Source of the DNA: Chrysemys picta bellii
Taxonomy: Eukaryota
NCBI RefSeq assembly: GCF_011386835.1
Contig: NC_088792.1
Span: forward strand, 57,722,001 to 57,786,000
Direction of reading: 5' to 3'
Length of the DNA: 64,000 bases
Shown: piece after piece, positions 61,535 to 64,000 of the stretch
How positions within the stretch are numbered: the first letter of the stretch is position 1
Layout: every line of letters begins with the position of its first letter
Translations under genes and position numbers: made by a program
The notes under the pieces: model-generated
The model's database searches: none
Seen by the model: the letters and a program-made list of their open reading frames with translations, nothing else
What the model was told of the DNA's origin: nothing

Positions 61535-61917
61535 ATCAGCACTTCTGAATAATTAGTGCCTTAATACTGCCGAAGGTGGGGTGCCCAGGAAAAGTATTGG
61601 GTGGCAAAGTCATAGCAGCACAGCTCCAATGGAGATGTGACAGAGGGGCTAGAGATTTTATATTGGCACAAGCACTATGCACATTTCCCTGGCCAATCCT
61701 CTCTGGTTGGGGACAGAACAAGTAGTCATTGTGCCTATCATTCCTCACAAGAAAGCAATCTTAAGAAAGCTCTGCAAGGGGAATCATCTCAGTGTGATGC
61801 AAATATTTAGCCCCAATTATTTAATATACAAAAGAAAATGTAAATGAGGAGGGCAGGAAGAAATCACAAAGGGAGAGCAATTGGCTGTAAGAATATAATT
61901 GTTTAGTCCGTGCATCC

Positions 61918-62701
61918 TAGAGCTGACTGAAAGTTTCCCAGTGGAACAGTTTTTCCATCAGAAAATGCTGATTTGATGGAACTGAAATGTCCTAATTGCG
62001 ACAAAACTTTTGATGGAAACCAGACAAACACACACGGAGATCATGAGGGTGCCTGGCTTTCCAGGCTGTCCAGTTTCCCGCCCGCCCAACTTCCCAGGCT
62101 GTTTGTTTAGCAGGTGAGTGGGTGGGTTGTTTGACTCCCCAGCATATGCCGCCTTGGTTGTGATTAAGAACACAAATATTTCAGAAATGCAAATTTTTCT
62201 GCAGAATGGAAATACCATTTCCCACATAGCTCTAATGTAATTCTTATATACTTTGCTTAGATCTGCTCCAATCAAGGCAAGTGTAATTCATGTAAAAGAG
62301 AGAAAAATGGGGAAAAAAATCATTTTTATTTGAAATTTTTCCAGTTTTGTTTGAGAAGTTTCACTTAAGTGGAGATGGGAAAAAACACCCTTTCTCTCTC
62401 TCTTTTTTTTTTTTTATTCCACCCATTATCCCCACTCCTGCCACCGATTATTACCACTGGATAAAGGGAGGTGTAAAATGTAAAAACGAGAAAAAGAAGG
62501 TGACATGCTTTCCTTTTTTTTATTTCATTCCCCCCAAACCAAAATGAATAATTACTAACTCGCTCGCTCCCTCCAAAAATACCCCCCCCAAAGAAAAAAA
62601 TCAGTGAAAGCAGAAGTATTCTTATGAAAATTTCCATTTAGTTAAAGGCCATTTTTCATTAAAAAATTGTTTTGCAATGGAAAAACCGTTAACCAACTCT
62701 A
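61918..62701. mobile_element. AT-rich MITE-like repeat(s); related copies near 8240-8540, 20342-20580 and 52160-52620
   Basis: TAGAGCTG...CAACTCTA ends with an AAAATGTTT-rich interior; boundaries approximate. Confidence 0.45.
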
Positions 62702-64000
62702 ACTGTGCTCTTTTTGATCCAAGTGCACTGATTCAGTTGAGAATCTTTCCACTGATTTCACTGGGCTTTTGAATCCAGTCCCTTATGAGCAAATGTTGTC
62801 TTGTTTCCACATTATGTTAAAAGGAGATCCAAGGCTTTATAAAACTTTTCCTTAGACATATTATGCTACATGTAGTTTCATTTCTGCATGTCTTTGATTT
62901 GTGTGTATGTGGCATCAAAAGATATGAAGTAGAGAGAAGTATGGGTTTACTTCCCTTTTAGAGAGGTTTCATGGTAACTTCTCTGTTGACTGGTGTTTTC
63001 ATATATAGCAGCCCATTGGACTATTTAGTTTTCAATATGGAAGAAGAGACTTGCATTAACCTATTTTCATGGCAACCTTCACGGAAGATTTTCCAAACTA
63101 GTGATGAATAAAAAAGGTTTGCAGCCATGGAATTCCATTAGAAAAATTGATGTAGTAATATTTTAAAAGAAACCTGGCTATTTTAAATAGATTTTCTAAG
63201 GTCCTGCTGAGGACCCCTCCCAACACCCTATCTGCCAAAAATAAACTCTCTCTTCTTGCTTCTGCTCTGGAGCTACTTCTGCAGATGGCTCAGTGAAAAG
63301 GGGGGAAGCAGCCCTGGGGCGGGGGTCATCAGTCATGAACGACACTTCCTGTGCCTGTGGATGCGCTTGAATAGAAAGGATGCTCTAATGGTCAGTTCTA
63401 ATGACAGGGAAGGATGTATCTGGAATCTGTTGCTATGTCTTAAAACCAAAGAATTAATGGTCCTATTAATTGTGCAGGCTGTACTGATTTTTTTAATACA
63501 AAACTTATTTACTTCCTTTTGGCAGAAAACTCCACTCAGTGTCTAAGGAAATACTCAAATTATTGGATAGCTATTTAGCTACCAGCTGGCCACTCCAGTG
63601 GTATTTGAGCATGAATTGAATTTAACATCTTAAGACTTATTATAATCTGTTAAGCACTGGGCCACGTAGAGTGTCTGGTGCAAAGCCACAATAGAAGATA
63701 TTGTACCTTAATGGCACTCCCTTCTTGTGGTCAGAGCAGAGACCTGGCCATGGACTTGCCTCTTCTTTCTTGCCCATATTGGGATGGTCCATTAGTGGGA
63801 AGCAATCCTTGCACTCAGGTCTTAAATAGTAGCCAGCCTATTGTGGGACCTAAATTTGAAGCCATTTTTTATGCCCCCCTGCCCATCTTATGCATTCACA
63901 CAGAGGATGGCCACAGTATGGCTCATAATCACTCAATCAAATAAACCAGGGGTATGTTGTAAGGGACACACTGTAGCTGGAAATATTATAAGTAGATGAC

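Overview
Vertebrate genomic DNA, most likely from a turtle, judged from recognisable CR1, Penelope-like, hAT and Chapaev repeat families (recalled, not searched). It is AT-rich and repeat-dense. The one protein-coding gene I can assemble is a complete, intact AGR3 (anterior gradient 3, PDI/thioredoxin family) on the minus strand. It has seven coding exons (26764-26659, 22576-22513, 19989-19937, 19265-19189, 19036-18973, 13620-13537, 12686-12637), all GT-AG, giving a 498-nt CDS and a 165-aa protein. The protein has a signal peptide, a C-terminal QTEL and a full CQYC (CXXC) motif where human AGR3 has CQYS. The ORF track captures only the last exon (as the tail of ORF 12637..12876). A TATA/Inr promoter and a non-coding exon 1 are predicted at about 30168-30241. 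The rest is intergenic or intronic: two near-identical, oppositely oriented Chapaev3-type (CMC) DNA transposons, each carrying its own micro-inversion; a hAT element with long inverted arms; many hAT, mariner and Harbinger MITEs with exact TSDs; solo LTRs; Penelope-like palindromes; CR1 tails; MIRs; and ancient LF-SINE and AmnSINE1 copies. Candidate FOXA, CTCF and DR1 sites are also present. I found no CRISPR array, rRNA or tRNA gene, and no new multi-gene system. The strongest leads are the CXXC AGR3 and the transposon rearrangements.
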